NCBI GenBank assembly: GCA_000708835.1 | Contig: DF237188.1 | Location: 1-64,000 of the forward strand | Length of the DNA stretch: 64,000 nt | Source of the DNA: Klebsormidium nitens | Taxonomy: Eukaryota; Plantae; Klebsormidiophyceae | Reading direction: 5' to 3' | Shown: positions 46,601 to 60,800 of the stretch, in pieces | How the letters are laid out: the number at the start of each line of letters is the position of its first letter | Numbering within the stretch: the first letter of the stretch is position 1 | Notes under the pieces: model-generated | Seen by the model: only the letters and a program-made list of their open reading frames with translations | Told to the model about the DNA's origin: nothing | Databases searched by the model: none | Translations under genes and position numbers: made by a program

Positions 46601-49428
46601 GTGGGGAAAGGAAAGGCACTGAAACCTCACTGTTTGACCTAAATCATCGCGTTCGTACCAAAACTAAACCGGCGGCCCTCCATCCGCAGGCGACGAGAAC
46701 TACTCCCCCTTGTTCGTGCTGACGAACGGCGGTGGCCACGTATACAACGGCCCCATCATTGCGGGTGACGTCACGGCTGCCCAGCTGAGCCCTTTCTGCG
46801 GGGGGATCCCCACCAACATGATGGCCGAGGCATACGCGATGATGCACGACAAGGTGAGGCGCACAGACTGGATTTTGAAATGTGGTTAAGGTTGGAACCC
46901 TAAAATTCCAAAGCCCTAAAGCCCCAGCGCCCAGAAACCTAGCATGGATGTTGGTTCTCCTTAACCGCGGCTTAGCTAGGATCTTCCGGAAGCAGATTGG
47001 GAAGCGCTCGCAACTGTGTCGAGATTAGCAAAGCGCCGAGTTGGACATATCAACACTGAGCAGCTCTTAATTAATCCGGAGATTTTTAATGTTTGCCTCT
47101 TCCCTGGGTATTTCTGCGTGTTTCTGCGTACTTCAATCCAACTCTTGAGGTATGAAACGCACGTGCCAGGAAGCGCTCAGTACAATCTCGACGGTTTGTG
47201 CCTCTACCCGATTTCTATGAATATCGTAGTATCACGGACGAATGTAAGCCGTTGTTTGTTTCCGCAGATCGTCTCCATCTGCCCCGACGGCGACGGCGGC
47301 AACGTGACCCTCAAGCTGACCCCGGGGTTCTCCTTCGGCAAGCCGGTACTATACCACAGGTCAGCAGACTTAACTCAAAGTGATCTCCCCCAGGCACAAT
47401 CAAAAGTAACCAGAATCTCAGGCTGCCGCTTTCCTGCATTGCCCTTAGCCCATGAAGCGAAGACACTGGCCGTGCTTCCAACAAACCTGCCATACTCTTT
47501 GACCTGCTAGGGCTTAAAGCTTTGATTGTTGAAAGCATAACACTTCACGCCGACTCTCACCTTTATGTTCCCTCCTCTCCCCTGATCTCGAGTGGTCCTC
47601 CTCTCGTCTCGCTTTCATCGAGTAATTTCACGTCCTAATAAAGTGCACTGTTCGGCTACCCTCTTCTGCCGTCCAGCTTAACGGTCAGCTCCGCCCGTTC
47701 ACCCCTGACCATGACGTTCCTTCTTTCATTGAGTGTTCTTCCTCTGCCGCTTGGAGGGGACCGCCTTGCCGACGCCCCTTGCTGCTCGACACCAAAATCC
47801 AGCCTATATTCAACTTGCCTCCCTTCACTTTCGAGGGGTCCACCTCTTTTCTCGCTGCCCCACGTGACACATGAAAGCCTCACTTATTTGCGCTGATTTC
47901 AAAATCTTCTGCCTTGCCTAGTTTGGAGGGGTCCGCCGCTCTCCCGGCAGCCCTCGAGCTGGCCACGGAGGCCCCCGCGCTGACCAACCTAGTTGTCGGG
48001 ATGGACGACGGCGCGTTTTCCGCCGTAGAGCGCCTCTTCACAACCACCAACGGTTACACTAACGGCGACATTAACGTCGCGCAACTCAATAGCACCAATG
48101 GACTCGAGGAGAACCACCCTCTGCGCCAGGGCCTGAACAGGTGAGTCGGAAAGAACCGGAACGGAGAACGGAACGGAACGGAACGGAGCTCGCCGTGTTC
48201 TGAGCAGCGGCTGGTCGCAATTCATGGGAGAACACTGCCGGCATGTGAGACTTCACTCGGAAAGAGTAGCGGGGAAGGTTAGCTGGTTCACGGTTGAGCT
48301 CTTTACGAGTTACAAACAACTCTCGCTGCTTGAGCTGCTTTGCTATCTCGAAGTGCGTGCCGTCTGTCAGCCTCTCTCCTCAGCGATCTTCCCCGTGTCT
48401 GATGCGCTGCGCTTTGTTCGAGCCATCCGCGCCCCGCAACAGCCTGTCTCCAGCAGCGCAATAGCCTTTCACAGGTCTATTTGGCTGTTTGTCATGGATG
48501 CTTACTGGCTGGTCACGACGTGGTTATATGTCCGATAACCAGAATTGGACGGTAACCATAAGGTTCAGCACACCGGCTGTTCATCCAGTCACCTAAGACC
48601 AAGTCTGGTAAACGGCCTGGTTAGCAGCCAAATATCTCCGTGTCTCTTGCTAACCTTCGGTTCTTCCCCTTCGCAGCGCTGTGCGTGGCGACAGCAGCGG
48701 CGCGGGCCCGCTGAACATTCTGGGGGGCATTCCCACCGTAGCTACCGACTACAGCCCGCTGTGGGACTTGAACGTGGGCCAGTGGACCGACTACGCCGTC
48801 AAGAACTACTACCGCACCCAGATCAGGGACGAGTTCACGGTGAGAATGCGCCCCGCTGAGGTCGTGCCACTGCCCACGTCACGCTTCGGTGATCAAGCTG
48901 CGTCCCAATGTGGACACATAATGCGGATGGATTCAGGAAACTGTACGAAGGGGCAGACCAAGGATCCAAGTCTTACGAATTTCATTCTTGAGCTATAGTG
49001 ACTTTGCTTCTATTTGGGCGTGTTTCGAGAGACTTCGATCTTCATTTCCGTGCCCTTGATTCGCGCCAAAAAAGGCCAAAACGTCTGGAGCGACGAGCGT
49101 CAGTCTGGATTGCTCGTGTGCAAACAGGGACTATCCTTTGGCAAAGCTCTACGGGATCTGATGCGATTCAACCAGAGTCAGGCTTCTTGCCGACAGTTCA
49201 AACTTGGTCGTTCATGAGAAATAAACCCCAAGTCAGTGTCCGCAAGTCTCTCTGCCTTCCTAACCTAGGCTCGCCTCGGGCATTTCCCCCGGTTGCTGAC
49301 TTTGGGGCGTCTCTTGGGTGCAGTATTTGGGCAATGTGCAGCAGGGCTTCATCACCGGGCCAGGAGGCGCCCCGTTCGGCTCGAGCGGCTTCATCGTTAA
49401 CTGCCCAATCGCCTACCGCTTCTTGTAG
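43601..49428 (+). CDS. Secreted protein of unknown function (about 427 aa, 10 exons)
   Basis: Signal peptide plus RRSLL in exon 1. Exons 43601-43771, 44631-44699 (or from 44600), 45091-45158, 45554-45656, 45928-46057, 46690-46853, 47268-47359, 47922-48140, 48677-48839 and 49324-49428 join in phase. Motifs include WYVLTDTSD..NA.ALGLN.SAKL, NYSPL, GIPTVATDYSPLWDLN and GFIVNCPI. Confidence 0.85.
48158..48187 (+). repeat. (GGAAC)n microsatellite in an intron
   Basis: Starts about 17 nt after the GTGAGT donor at 48141. Confidence 0.85.
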
Positions 49429-51685
49429 ATTGACACTCAGGACAATAATCAGTTTACAAAAGGTTCACCAGTAGGGCGATTAGTCTTCATTCATCCGCGC
49501 CCTTAGGCTCACTACCGAGTCGTGTAGAAAGGAGACGCTGTGGGTTTGACTCGCATTCTGTATGATTCTCGAAACTGGTCGCACTCAGGATTTTGGACTT
49601 CCGTTGTGGTGACACTTACTTGGCCCTGGTTAAACATTGTATCATGACACTTGGCAGGACATTATCAAGGCGATGTCGACTTTGTCTCAGCCTTCAATTC
49701 AAATTCGGTCTAGTTTGGTTGCGGAAGGTGTCGGACAAACTCGCCTATACATTTTGGTGCAAAGACAGTCAAGGGATGTCCGACAATGACGTGTATCCTT
49801 TAAGCTCGTTGACATCGGGTGGCAGATGGAAGTGGCAAGGGTTTGAAAAAATGTCCACTTGGTCCGGTCCTTCCAATTCTCATTTATTCGAACTTCCGAC
49901 TCAATGAGCCAGGATCAGTGGTCCTGCTAGTATGCAGGCCGAACGTCTTCCTTCAAAATAAAAGGCTTTCAGTTTTTATGTCTCATTCTGATAGATCGTG
50001 CCAAAGCATTGGAACCAACCATCTTGCGTCGCCCTATTTGAAACTTTGACGGCCGTCTAGCAATAAAAGATAAACACAAAGCGGTAGCGCTGGGAGCACA
50101 CTGCACATGCATTTAGCAATTCCGTCAACTCGTCATTCACTTGCAATGCATCGAGTTCCATCTACATTTTGTTTGTGAAGACATGCTGAATTGCTGGACG
50201 GCGCCCTAGTACGTTGGGCACTAGTTTATGGGTCTCTAATGGAACGTACGCAGGATTGAGGCTGGAGGGAAGTCGACGAGGTCTAGAACGTATATTGAGC
50301 TAGCAAAGAAGCATAAGGGATTGGATGCTGGCTGGATCGATGACTGAATGACTTAACAGGTATGGTCCCTATACCTGTACTCCAGCTAGTGTTACTCGGC
50401 CAAGCGCGCTCGCCCATTTTCCAGCACAGGGGCGCTGCAGGGGGCCGGGGCTGCAGCTAAGCGCGAGAGCTAAGCACTTGCCATGCAGTCAAATCAACCA
50501 ATGTGAACGTATATTGTGTGCCGGAGATCAATATCGGATTGGAATGCGGTTTTATCACCGGACACTCCCTAATACTAGGTACCGTATACCCACTAAAGTA
50601 GCTGTACATGTGAGCCTACGGCTTTACGCAGTCCAGTAGAATTCGTATTTACTGCAGTACCCCGCCGGGTGCATGCAAAATTCCGGAAGCCGGCAGCCGA
50701 CTTCGGCCCGACTTCGGCCGGAGTAACGACCTTTTCAGTCGAAAGGCCGATTTGGCTAACATGATGTAACTTGGACCGTCGATTCCAAAACCGTTGGTTT
50801 CACGTGGCAAATGTACTTTCGATGATGGCGAAACAGGGAGGCATTTCCCTAACCACATTCTCTGACAGAAGCGCAGAGTACTCGTACAGCGGTACGGTCA
50901 GTCGTTCCGACGCTCTGAGTCTAGGTACGGTACCTTCCTAATCAACTCAGTATGGCCAGCTGTAAACCTAGCAGATTCCCAAAGCAATCTGATTCGCCAC
51001 GCGCACGTTACGATCAAGATGATCTAGCGGGATCTAGCGTGGACTCGACTCAGACCAGTTGGATTGCCCCCTTGAATGTTGCCGCCGAACTTACATGATG
51101 GTACATGTTACTGTACCATACGTGCAGGAAGCTGCCACCTGCATCTTGTCAAGTCAATGCATGCACGTTCAATGTACTCAGCTGATCGATGCGCGCTTGG
51201 AAGTGTCAGACCTGACAATGGATCGCCCGTGCTCTAGCAACGGCGTAAGCTGGTCCTACCGTACCTACGGACTCCTTAGAGAATTAGTCGAGAATGCTCA
51301 CTATCTAATCTGCTTGGCGCTTGTTAGGTATGTACGTGATTACGTACAGAGTAGCCTAAACACTGTCGAGCCGTCAAGAGGCTTTACCTGATCAGGTTGG
51401 AATTGCATGCTGCTGCACTAAATGTGCGGCATACGTACGGTTATTGGTGGGCGCCTCTTTATGACGTACTGGCTACCCGGATCGGAGTTTGATGCAAATG
51501 CCTTTGGATCTTCAACTTCAAGGCGCAGCCTGCTACTCAAAAAGCGAAGGAGATAGCGTCAGCTTTCGTCCTGGATGATGGAAGCTGAAGAGCCGCCTTG
51601 ACATGCAAATGCTTGCCTCGCTGAAAATCAAGCTTCAGGTTCAGTCGGATCCAGGTTGATCTGTGGGCTGTCAAGAGATCACGCC

Positions 51686-52087
51686 ATGGCCACCTCTGCA
51701 ATGAGATCACCAAAGTCGTTCACAATTGAGAGGTCGCCCAAATCGTTCACGACTCACCACAGAGAGAGACCTGAAGAGAAGGACTCTAAAGCAGCAGCTT
51801 CTCCTTTACACCGATCCTTCACGGTTACAAAAAGCGACGCCGCCCGCAAACTAGATTCTACAGCAGAGGGGGCTGCTTTACACCGATCTTTTACAAAAGG
51901 CAACGCCGCTGGCAGAGCGAAGCAATCAGTAACCGATCCAGAGCCATCAGATGCGGAAGCGTCGTTGCTGTGGCCTGAGGCGACCACGCTTGCTGAGAGG
52001 TGGAAGGCAGCGGAAAAGTCTGGGGACCCAGACAAGATCGCAAAGACGAAAGCCGAGTTTCTTGGAAGGTTCTTCAGTCTCGAGTGA
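51686..52087 (+). CDS. Small unknown protein (133 aa) with repeated [L]HRSFT motifs and conserved C-terminus
   Basis: Intact ORF. The C-terminus LWPEAT.LA..WK.AE.SGDPD..AK.KAEFLG is shared with the copy at 63102-63763, and the flanks are also homologous. Confidence 0.65.
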   Translation: MATSAMRSPKSFTIERSPKSFTTHHRERPEEKDSKAAASPLHRSFTVTKSDAARKLDSTAEGAALHRSFTKGNAAGRAKQSVTDPEPSDAEASLLWPEATTLAERWKAAEKSGDPDKIAKTKAEFLGRFFSLE

Positions 52088-54883
52088 CAGAAGAGGGTTG
52101 AGACACTGCGGGTGGGCTTTCGTCGTTCCTCTCCTTGTTTACGGCCTCTGGAAGTCCAGAACAAGTTTGGGCTCGCTTTATGTTATCTGAACACCGCAGG
52201 GTACAGTCTGCAGGAGCTCCCTGCTTCATGGATGAGTGCAGCTCAGGAAACCCTTTCTTCACACCACAGGATGACGCTTTCTATGTTCATCTTCGGTAAT
52301 ATCCTGACATGCCTGATTTTTCGTAGCATAAAATGGAGAATGCACCTCGACAAGCTCTTGCCGTGATCCTTTGATTTTTCCTTAGAGGTTTCTTAAATTG
52401 GGATGACGAGACTCAGAAACACTGGCACTCCACACCAACTAAAAGACAGAGCACCATTCAGAAAGAACTCAAGCTCGTCTCTTCGAGAAACTCTTCTGTT
52501 TTAAATTGACATCTGAGCAATGGGGGCAACTGTGTAGCCACAGTCTTACACTCAGAAGGCAGGAGAATGGGCTGTAGGAAAATGAAGCTCTGAATAGCAT
52601 TTGAAAGCCTGTTGAGGAGTCAGAGGAACGACTCCGAAGATAGCGAGGGAACTCCTAGAGGTCATAATGAGCTGGAATGTGTCTGCTGACTTTGTCAACT
52701 GACTTCCACATACTTTTGATGCTGGCGCACTTTCAACCTGACTCGACTAGTGTAGGGATATCCCTTTCTAGTTGTGTGCTGGATCCGCTAGCTGATCTCT
52801 TTGGCGTATCGGATCCTTTGAACCTAAACGAGCTCGTACCTACATAGCCTGTAGAAGACAATCCCTGTGTTGTGACGATCTCGTGTTTCAGCTCAACATT
52901 TGTTTCGTGGCGAGCCACCCCACTGCGCTTTTTCTCGATCAGCTAGCTCGGCCTTCAGAACTTGACGACGTGAATCCTCTGTGCAAGATAACTGGCATTC
53001 GCAAATTGAATTATCTGATTCAACGGTGGTCCTCACCCGAAGCAAAGAGCTGATCGCCTCCAGCTCATGACATCAAAAATGTTTTTTGACTGTGTCAGCA
53101 TGGTGCAACCCTTCACTAACTGTCCAAAAAAACTCTCTGCAGCCGGCCAGTGCCTCGCCATAGCATGTGCGAAGTTCCTGGCGGGATCACGTCAGACGTC
53201 GTCTTGAACAACCATCACTGCCTGATGCAAAGCTGATACTTCCATCATTGATACCGTAGCTAGCTTTCGTTGTATACTAGTATTTGAGACGTGATGTAAG
53301 ACCGTAACTTCCACAGCTCCGTTCGGAACCTGACGAAGCGCGTCAGGCGCGTGAGACTCTATGAGCCCACCATCTCCGCTGCCTCGCCCTAGATGACGCC
53401 TCTTAAAGTAGAAATGTTGAAGCTTGAGCTTCTCAGATGTAAATCTGCACGTCCCCGGGTCCATTTCATTTGTAGATGGGAGGTCGATCATTCAACACAC
53501 GGCCGGCTCATGCTTTGGCACCAGGTAGCCGGCCGGCCGCGTTTGGGCATGTATGTGTTTTGGCTGTCCACTGATTGCAGTCGCGGGCTCATCAGGTAAT
53601 CAGAGTCAGTCCTGGCGATTGCAAGTAGTGATGAGATGCAAACATGGGCGGGTGGAAGTCACTGAAAACTGCGGCAGAGTACCAGCTGCCCAGAATCTCC
53701 TCAGTATCTCGAACGCAGTGCATGCAGCCATTATGATCAAATGACGCCGCGAGCTTGTGTCAATGGTACGACACTCAAGTCAAGAAGAAACATGGTGAAT
53801 GAACTTCGGCGAGCTAGGCGCAATTCCCTCATTTGACTAGTGTGCGCATCGAGTCCGCGTCGAAGTGGGTGACTTTGACGGTATCACTACTATCATTGAG
53901 AGCCTAAATTAGTTTTAAGACGTGATGGTTGTAAATCGAGCCCATGCCAACTACAATTTTTCTTCCCTCTAGATTCATTTGGGGCAGCCAGATACGTACA
54001 GGACGTATGGGGGGTATATTAGCAGATTAGATTTGATACTTATCAAAGCTGCGAGTCGACTCATCGTTCACATCGTGACCATATATTAGGACAGCATGTG
54101 ACAAGCATTTTCTGGATCGAATGGACGCTCCTTTACATCTGGAAGTACGTCGAGACATTCTGTGAATCAGTGTTTTCGCTCTACGAACTGCCACCTCCTC
54201 ATTGAGCGCGTGGGTGCGCTGCAGTAGTACCGGCTCGTGATATTCATATCTTACAGCCCCGCGCGATCGGTCCACCAATAAGCACGAATGTCGAATGAAC
54301 GCACGCGCGAAAGTGCTTCGAGTCACTTCGAGTTCGCTTTATCCATGGCCATTTTTGTTTTCTATCCTCTTTTCTCATCGAGGCCACGAGCCGGAACGCA
54401 AGACCAGACGAATGAGCTCTTGCATTTTGTTGAAACTGGAGATCTCGTATTAAAGTCACCCATAATACATTCATTCAGCTCCCGGTTAATTTAAGAACCG
54501 GGCTATTCACGCGTGCCAAGCTAGCCGCATTCGAGGAACCGGCAGTGCGACTCCGGCACCGCGATTCAAGGCCTGTGAGTCGAGACCGCTCTATTTGACG
54601 GGTCACTCGGCCACCAAAACCGGCATGCTGGTGCTGCTCGGTAGACGGGCACTGGGCACCGCACTCTTTTACTACAAGCAGTGGAGCTGCTCTGCTTTTC
54701 TCTCATGCCGCCCGGCTGGTGCCAAATGGAGTGCACTGTGCAGACCTGTGTATCAGAAAGCTGACCATTGGCAGTGGCATTGGCCAAGGAACAGAGCACG
54801 GGCGCTAGACGTCCTTCCAGTGCTCCTGAACGGACGGGAAGATTACGTGCTCTACGTGCGCCTCTGTTCACAACAACGTCTTC

Positions 54884-57800
54884 ATGGCACAGCTAGCTGC
54901 GCGGCCGTTTGCTGTAGTTCTTGTCTTGCTTTCCAGCCTTTTGTTGCTTGTGACTGTATCCAAATGGTTTCCTGCCAGCAGCACACATTCCTCACCACAG
55001 CTCCAGTTCACCGTTGACTCTGTGGACGAAGTGCTGGCAGACTTTGGACCGCTCTGCCCAGGGCCAGAAGGGGTTGCCGAGAAAGGTGAGCACATTGCCA
55101 GCTGGCACTGGACATGGTGGCTATTGGCGCGCATTGCCTGATGTGAATTGCGTCTAAATCACTATCATCAAGCCCATTTCAGCTGCTTCACATTGAATAT
55201 ATCAGGGTATAAGAAAGTAACTCTACTTAGAAGCGATTGTCCCGAATTAGGTCCCAGTGAATTGCTACTCTAAAGTTTGAGATTCCCAATAGACTGACAA
55301 ATGGGCTGGATCCAAGGAACCTTATTGTGCATTCCTTCCTGACGACAAAGCTTCAGGGACCTGGTGGGGTTTTTGCCCAGATAGTTGCAGACGAGAGTCA
55401 GGTTGGACAGGAGGCCTCTCGATTCTTGTATTGCTATCGGCTGCGCATCTCAGTGAGTCTGCTGGTTTTGAAGTTGTCATCGACGAGAAGCTGGTTGAAT
55501 CGTCGAACAGGGCCCATTTGCGGAAACTCATTCCTGACCGCACTCAAACCATCAATGAGAAGATAACACACCAGTTTGAAACTATGCTTGAATAGAGTCC
55601 AACATCGTCCATCCAGCATTTGATGGGGATAAGGGGTTTGGGCTCTCCTTCAACCGCTCACTCATTCTTTCCACTATTGGTCTCAAATGCACCGCCCAAC
55701 ATAATGCAGGATGCTTCTTCTTTGGCCTGGCCACTGCGCCTGCGCACGTAGAAGACCACCTCAATGACAGCTGGCTCGAGTTTGCTCAAGCAACCACCCC
55801 CGGCATCGACCCTCAAACCCAAAAGCCCCGCCACCTCAACGTGCCCGCCTGGCACAATGTCCCCGTCCCTGAGCAGAGGGTGCGCTTCTGGACCGACGCG
55901 GAGACGGAGATTGCCCTGGCTGCCGCTGCGGGAGTGACGGTGTATCGCATGGGGGTGGACTGGGGGAGGCTGGTTCCACAAGAGCCGGTGCACGGGACGC
56001 AAGCGGTGGTGAGTGTGCTTTGATCTTTCTGTAGCACACCGTTGGATACTGAATCAGGCGGATGTTCACCAGAGGTTCAAAGTCATCCTTCGCCAACAGG
56101 CGGACCGCAGAAGCTCAAGATGGCCGATATCGCGTTGCAGCCGTCCGATCTTCAAACCCAGTCTGCAACATTTAGCCTCAAAGGGTTCAATAGCGTGAGG
56201 ACAGGTTACTGGACCGGGGTTGGGGTAAACTTTGCAAAACCGCTTGGAAACAACGAATCTGAGGCGTCCATTTTTTTGCCTCAGAAATCTGACGATAGCG
56301 ACGCGGTTTTGTTTTGTCCCCCAGCCATTCCAATCTTCTGCGGTCCGCCTGCCAACGACTCTTTATGGGTGCCTGGTCAAGGAACGGAGAGATAGACGTT
56401 CAAACTCAGGTTCTTGAGGGTCAAGCTCGCTGCATTGGGCGCCCATTCAGGTTTTGATAGCAGAAGAGTGGATATGTCTCCAACTCAAAAGAATTGAAAA
56501 CTCATTCAAAAAGCTTTCAGAGGAGCAGTGCATTTGTACGGCACAAGAATCCGTTGATACCTCCAGGGCTATGATATGGCGCTTGGGTTATACAACTTTC
56601 AGGCGGCTGACCATCCACCTCTTGGTGCTGCCAGTCTTCAGTTGCACACAGAATTGACGTTACAGCGCTCTCAGAAGACTGCAGTCCCAGAAGCGATCGA
56701 TTGAAAGAAAGCGGTGTTTGAGGTTGGCTTACTGCCTTGCAGGTCGACCGCGCTGCATTGGCGCACTACCGGGCTCTGTTGCAGCAGGTGCGAGCGCACG
56801 GCATGCGCGTCCTGCTCACCCTGTTCCACCATTCCATGCCCAAGTGGGCCATCCCGTACGGTGGCTGGACCAACCAGCGGACCAGCCCTTATTTTGTGGA
56901 GTTCAGCACGTAGGCGGCCGTCTCTCTTTAGCTTTTTGTTGTCTTAGAATGTGTAGGTTTGAACAGAACTGGGAGAACCGATTGGTTGCTTTTCTTTCTG
57001 CTGAGACCACTTTGTATCCGAAGTTGTGTGAACCACTTCATGACGACTGGAAGACCGGGTATGCTTGTCAGAAGGATGCTGCGAGACGCGACTTACTTCT
57101 ATCACACGTAGGAACTGAAGCACGACAGGTGCATTCCAAAATGCCGGTCGTGAAGCGACGCCGCCTTGCATGAGGCGTCGTCTTTTCATACAACAGCGTC
57201 CTCCAATGACGTCACAGGGCTTGACACCAGGGTCCTAAGCTTTGGAACTCCCAAGCGGACAACGACAAACAGATCTGCGTTCGTCACGATCGTCAGGAGC
57301 TACGAAGCGGCTTTCTCAGACACCTACTCGCTTTTCCTTCTTATCGCCACACATTCTGCAGACTCAATGCACTGACCTTCGAGCGACTGGGCACCCTTGA
57401 ACAAGCCGTGGGCGCATATGGCGTTGTTATGCAAGCCCTATTCTTCTCTTCCTCACGTGTTTTTTCGAGGCCCTGTTCTTTCCTTCGCAGACTCGTCCAC
57501 ACTGAGCTGGGCGACCTGGTCGACTACTACGTGCTGTTCAACGAGGCCCACGTGTTCGCACTGCTGACGTACTGCTCCGGCAACTGGCCCCCCGGCTTTG
57601 CACCCTCGTCGTTCCGCTTCTTCCAGTGCTTGATTCCGGTCTACGGCGACTTCTTCCGGGCGGTCGACAACATGATCGCGGCACACCGGGCGGCTTACGA
57701 TGCGATCCACGCACTGCCAAGCAAGTGAGACACTTCGCGTATCGTCAGGAACGGCGTGCTCTCCGGTCTGGTGATGTGAGGAGCTGTGCTTGCTAACATC

Positions 57801-60800
57801 ACCTGCTCAGACGGAGACGGCACGTTACGAGAAGGGGGAATCTGGAAGCATTGGTGTAATTGCCGACGGTCTCCTGTCTGATTGGCCGTTGACTGACTCA
57901 GACGTCGGACCCAAGAGCCCCTTCTAAATTCCCTCGATACGGCATCACGGTCCTTTAGTGCATCAGATGACTGGGTGCGCATAACGAGAGATAAGACTGC
58001 CAAGTGTTTTCTGGCTCCGGTTGGCAGACTCTGGCGATAACCAGTCATAGTTTCATCCCAATCTGCACCTCAGGTGGCTGCTCCTAGGACAAGTTGGCGT
58101 GGACTGCTGTCCGTTTCCCTAGGAGCCTCATCCCGCTCTCTAGGGAATGTTCTGACGGAACGTTCTCCACTGCAGAAAGACGCCGGTTATCGGTATCGCC
58201 CACCTGACGTCAGTGTTCATCCCGTGGAGCCCGTTCGACATCCCTGCTGCAATCATTGGGCGGTTCGTCAACACGTGGTACATTCCGGACCGCCTGCATG
58301 ACAAGCTGGACTTCCTGGGCATCAACTACTACGGCCAGGTACGTACCGCAGGAAGTATCTTGGAGAAGAAAGTAAAAGGAGGCTTCTGCAGTTGTGCCTT
58401 GGAAGTTTGGTGCGAGGTTGAAAGACAATGATGGACGGAGGAGAAGTCGGCATGTCTGGCTTTACATTTTGAGGGGCAAGTGCGCCGCGCTCGAAATGCA
58501 TACCTCCCTCTTTGAAAGTGGGTCTCTTGACAAACCTCAGGGCTTTATTTGAAATCCGAGCTCGCAGGAGCGGAAGGGCTAAGGCTCGTCAGTTTCTCAT
58601 CCACTGAGCTAGCTAAGAAAGTATTCCGCGCGTGAAGGCATTGAGACAAGGCACAACGACGGAGGAGACAGATAGGAACTTCAGGCGCCGGCATCTTTGA
58701 AAAGGAGGCCAGCGTATGGTTGATTCAAAAGCTCAAACCCCACGCTTTATCATTGCGTCTTTGACGAGGTTCCGGCTGTCTCAATCTCGACAGGTCGTAC
58801 AAGATGAAGATTGCCACGTACCATCATCCCTGGAACCGCTGTCAGCCACCTAAGCTCGGCCACTACCCAGACGTGTCTTTTCTCACCCGGCAGACAGAGA
58901 CGCTTTCGACGCCTTTCTCCTCAGGAGGTCATCTCGGGCGGTGCCACGTACATCGCCCCCGGCGTCGAGTACAGCGACTCTGGCCGGGCGGTCTTCCCCG
59001 ACGGCTTGTACCAGTCTTTGACCGCCTTCCACGCCCGGTACAACGCCCCGGGGAAAACGCCCCTGCGGTTTATCGTTACGGAGAACGGGGTGGCCGACGA
59101 TATCGACGTGATGCGGCCGGCGTATATCGTAGAGCATCTGCTGGCGGTGCATGCTGCTCGGCGAGAGGTGAGGGGCTCTCGGTGGAGCGGAGCTGGAAAG
59201 GGCCTAAACGGGACGCCTGGCTGAGGGCTTGCAAATCCTCGCGGGTCTTGGCTGCGGCTGAGAAGGGCATGTGGTATTTCCGTTTGCATCTGTTGAGCTC
59301 TCTAGAGACGGTGCTGTTTTTGCCCTGATGAACCGGGCGCAACTCTGGTTAGAAGTCTTTTCCGCTCGTTTTGTGTCGAGTTTCATAGCACCCACCTACA
59401 AGAACTCGAGAGCAGTATGCTTTTGGCACGTTAGTTCAGCGAGTTTTTGTCGCGCGTTTTCTCTCCAACCTCAGCAATCTCGTTCTCTTTCTCCAAATGT
59501 TGCGAACCAGAATTTCTTCTTCGTCTAGCTTCTGTTCCCTGCCAGACAATAAACTCGAGCAATCAGCCACCAACTTCGTCCGAGGAGCTAAGCAGCCACG
59601 TGTCTGCTTTCCAGGGCGTCCCCGTGGACGGTCTCTTCCACTGGACGCTGTCCGACAACTGGGAGTGGTCCGACGGTTATTGTCCGAAGTTCGGCATGGT
59701 GGCCGTGGACCGCGCCAACAACTTCACACGCCACGCGCGGCCGTCGTATTATCTCTTCCAAAAGGTGGGTGAAAAAGGCGCCTTTCACCTTTCGTTCAGC
59801 TGGGCTCTCAGGCTTCTGCCTCCTCGTGAATCTGGCTGAAAATTGGTCGAGCACGATGGAGGTTGAAAGAGTAGCAACCAAGAGCAGCAAGCCAAAGCTG
59901 CAACTCTTCGGTGTGCATGCATTAAACCCTACGCTGCGAATCTTCTGGGCGAACGTGAACCCTCCTAAATGCATCTTTTTGCCCCTATGCTTTTTTCAGA
60001 CGGGCTAGAAAGGGGCAAATCAAAATTTCAGGGGCTCAAATTTTGTCATCTTGCATCGTCTGGCTTTGGGCCCTCAGAGCATCCAGCTCGTTGTGCAGAT
60101 AGCCCAAATGGGCAAAATAACGCGCGAGCAACGCGCGCTTTCGTGGCAGCACCTGCGCGCGGCAGTGGCCCGGAATGCGACACATCCCTTCTGTCGGGCG
60201 GTCAGTCCCAGCGGAAAAGCCTTCGCAGGTAGGAAAGTCTGACTCTCTGAAAATCTCCATACTTGTTCAGTCAAATGGTTTTCCGTCCCTGCAGACGTAG
60301 ACAAATTCAGTTTCAGAATGGGCGTGAGCTTTGATTGTTAAATCCCAAGGCTTGTCGCCACGTTCGGGAAGTATTGGAAGCCGCCAATAATCTGCGTTGA
60401 AAACCGCTTGATCTTGTAATTCCCAAGGGGTTGGCCGCGTTGTGTGCACTCAGAAGCAGCGATATAAGCAGTGATATTTCTTCCTTGGTTCGAGGCAAGA
60501 CACGGATTGGCTTTTTAAATGCGTTTTTTAATAACGTTGTAATTGGATCTGAACATATTGGCGCACGGTAGATTGAAACTTTTGAAGTGAAAGCTCCAAG
60601 ACTCGCACTGACTTTCAAAGTTCTGATGGACTTGGGCTAAGGGTTCGCGGGTATTTGAAGCCCCGTAGTTTCTTCATAGACACACCGACAAGATTGCACG
60701 ACTTTGGAGTCTGGTGCATGGAAAAACTCAATCAATATATTCCGGATTTCTCCTTTCAGAGTCTTTAGACGTCCCCGTCCAAAGGCGACTCGTCGACACG

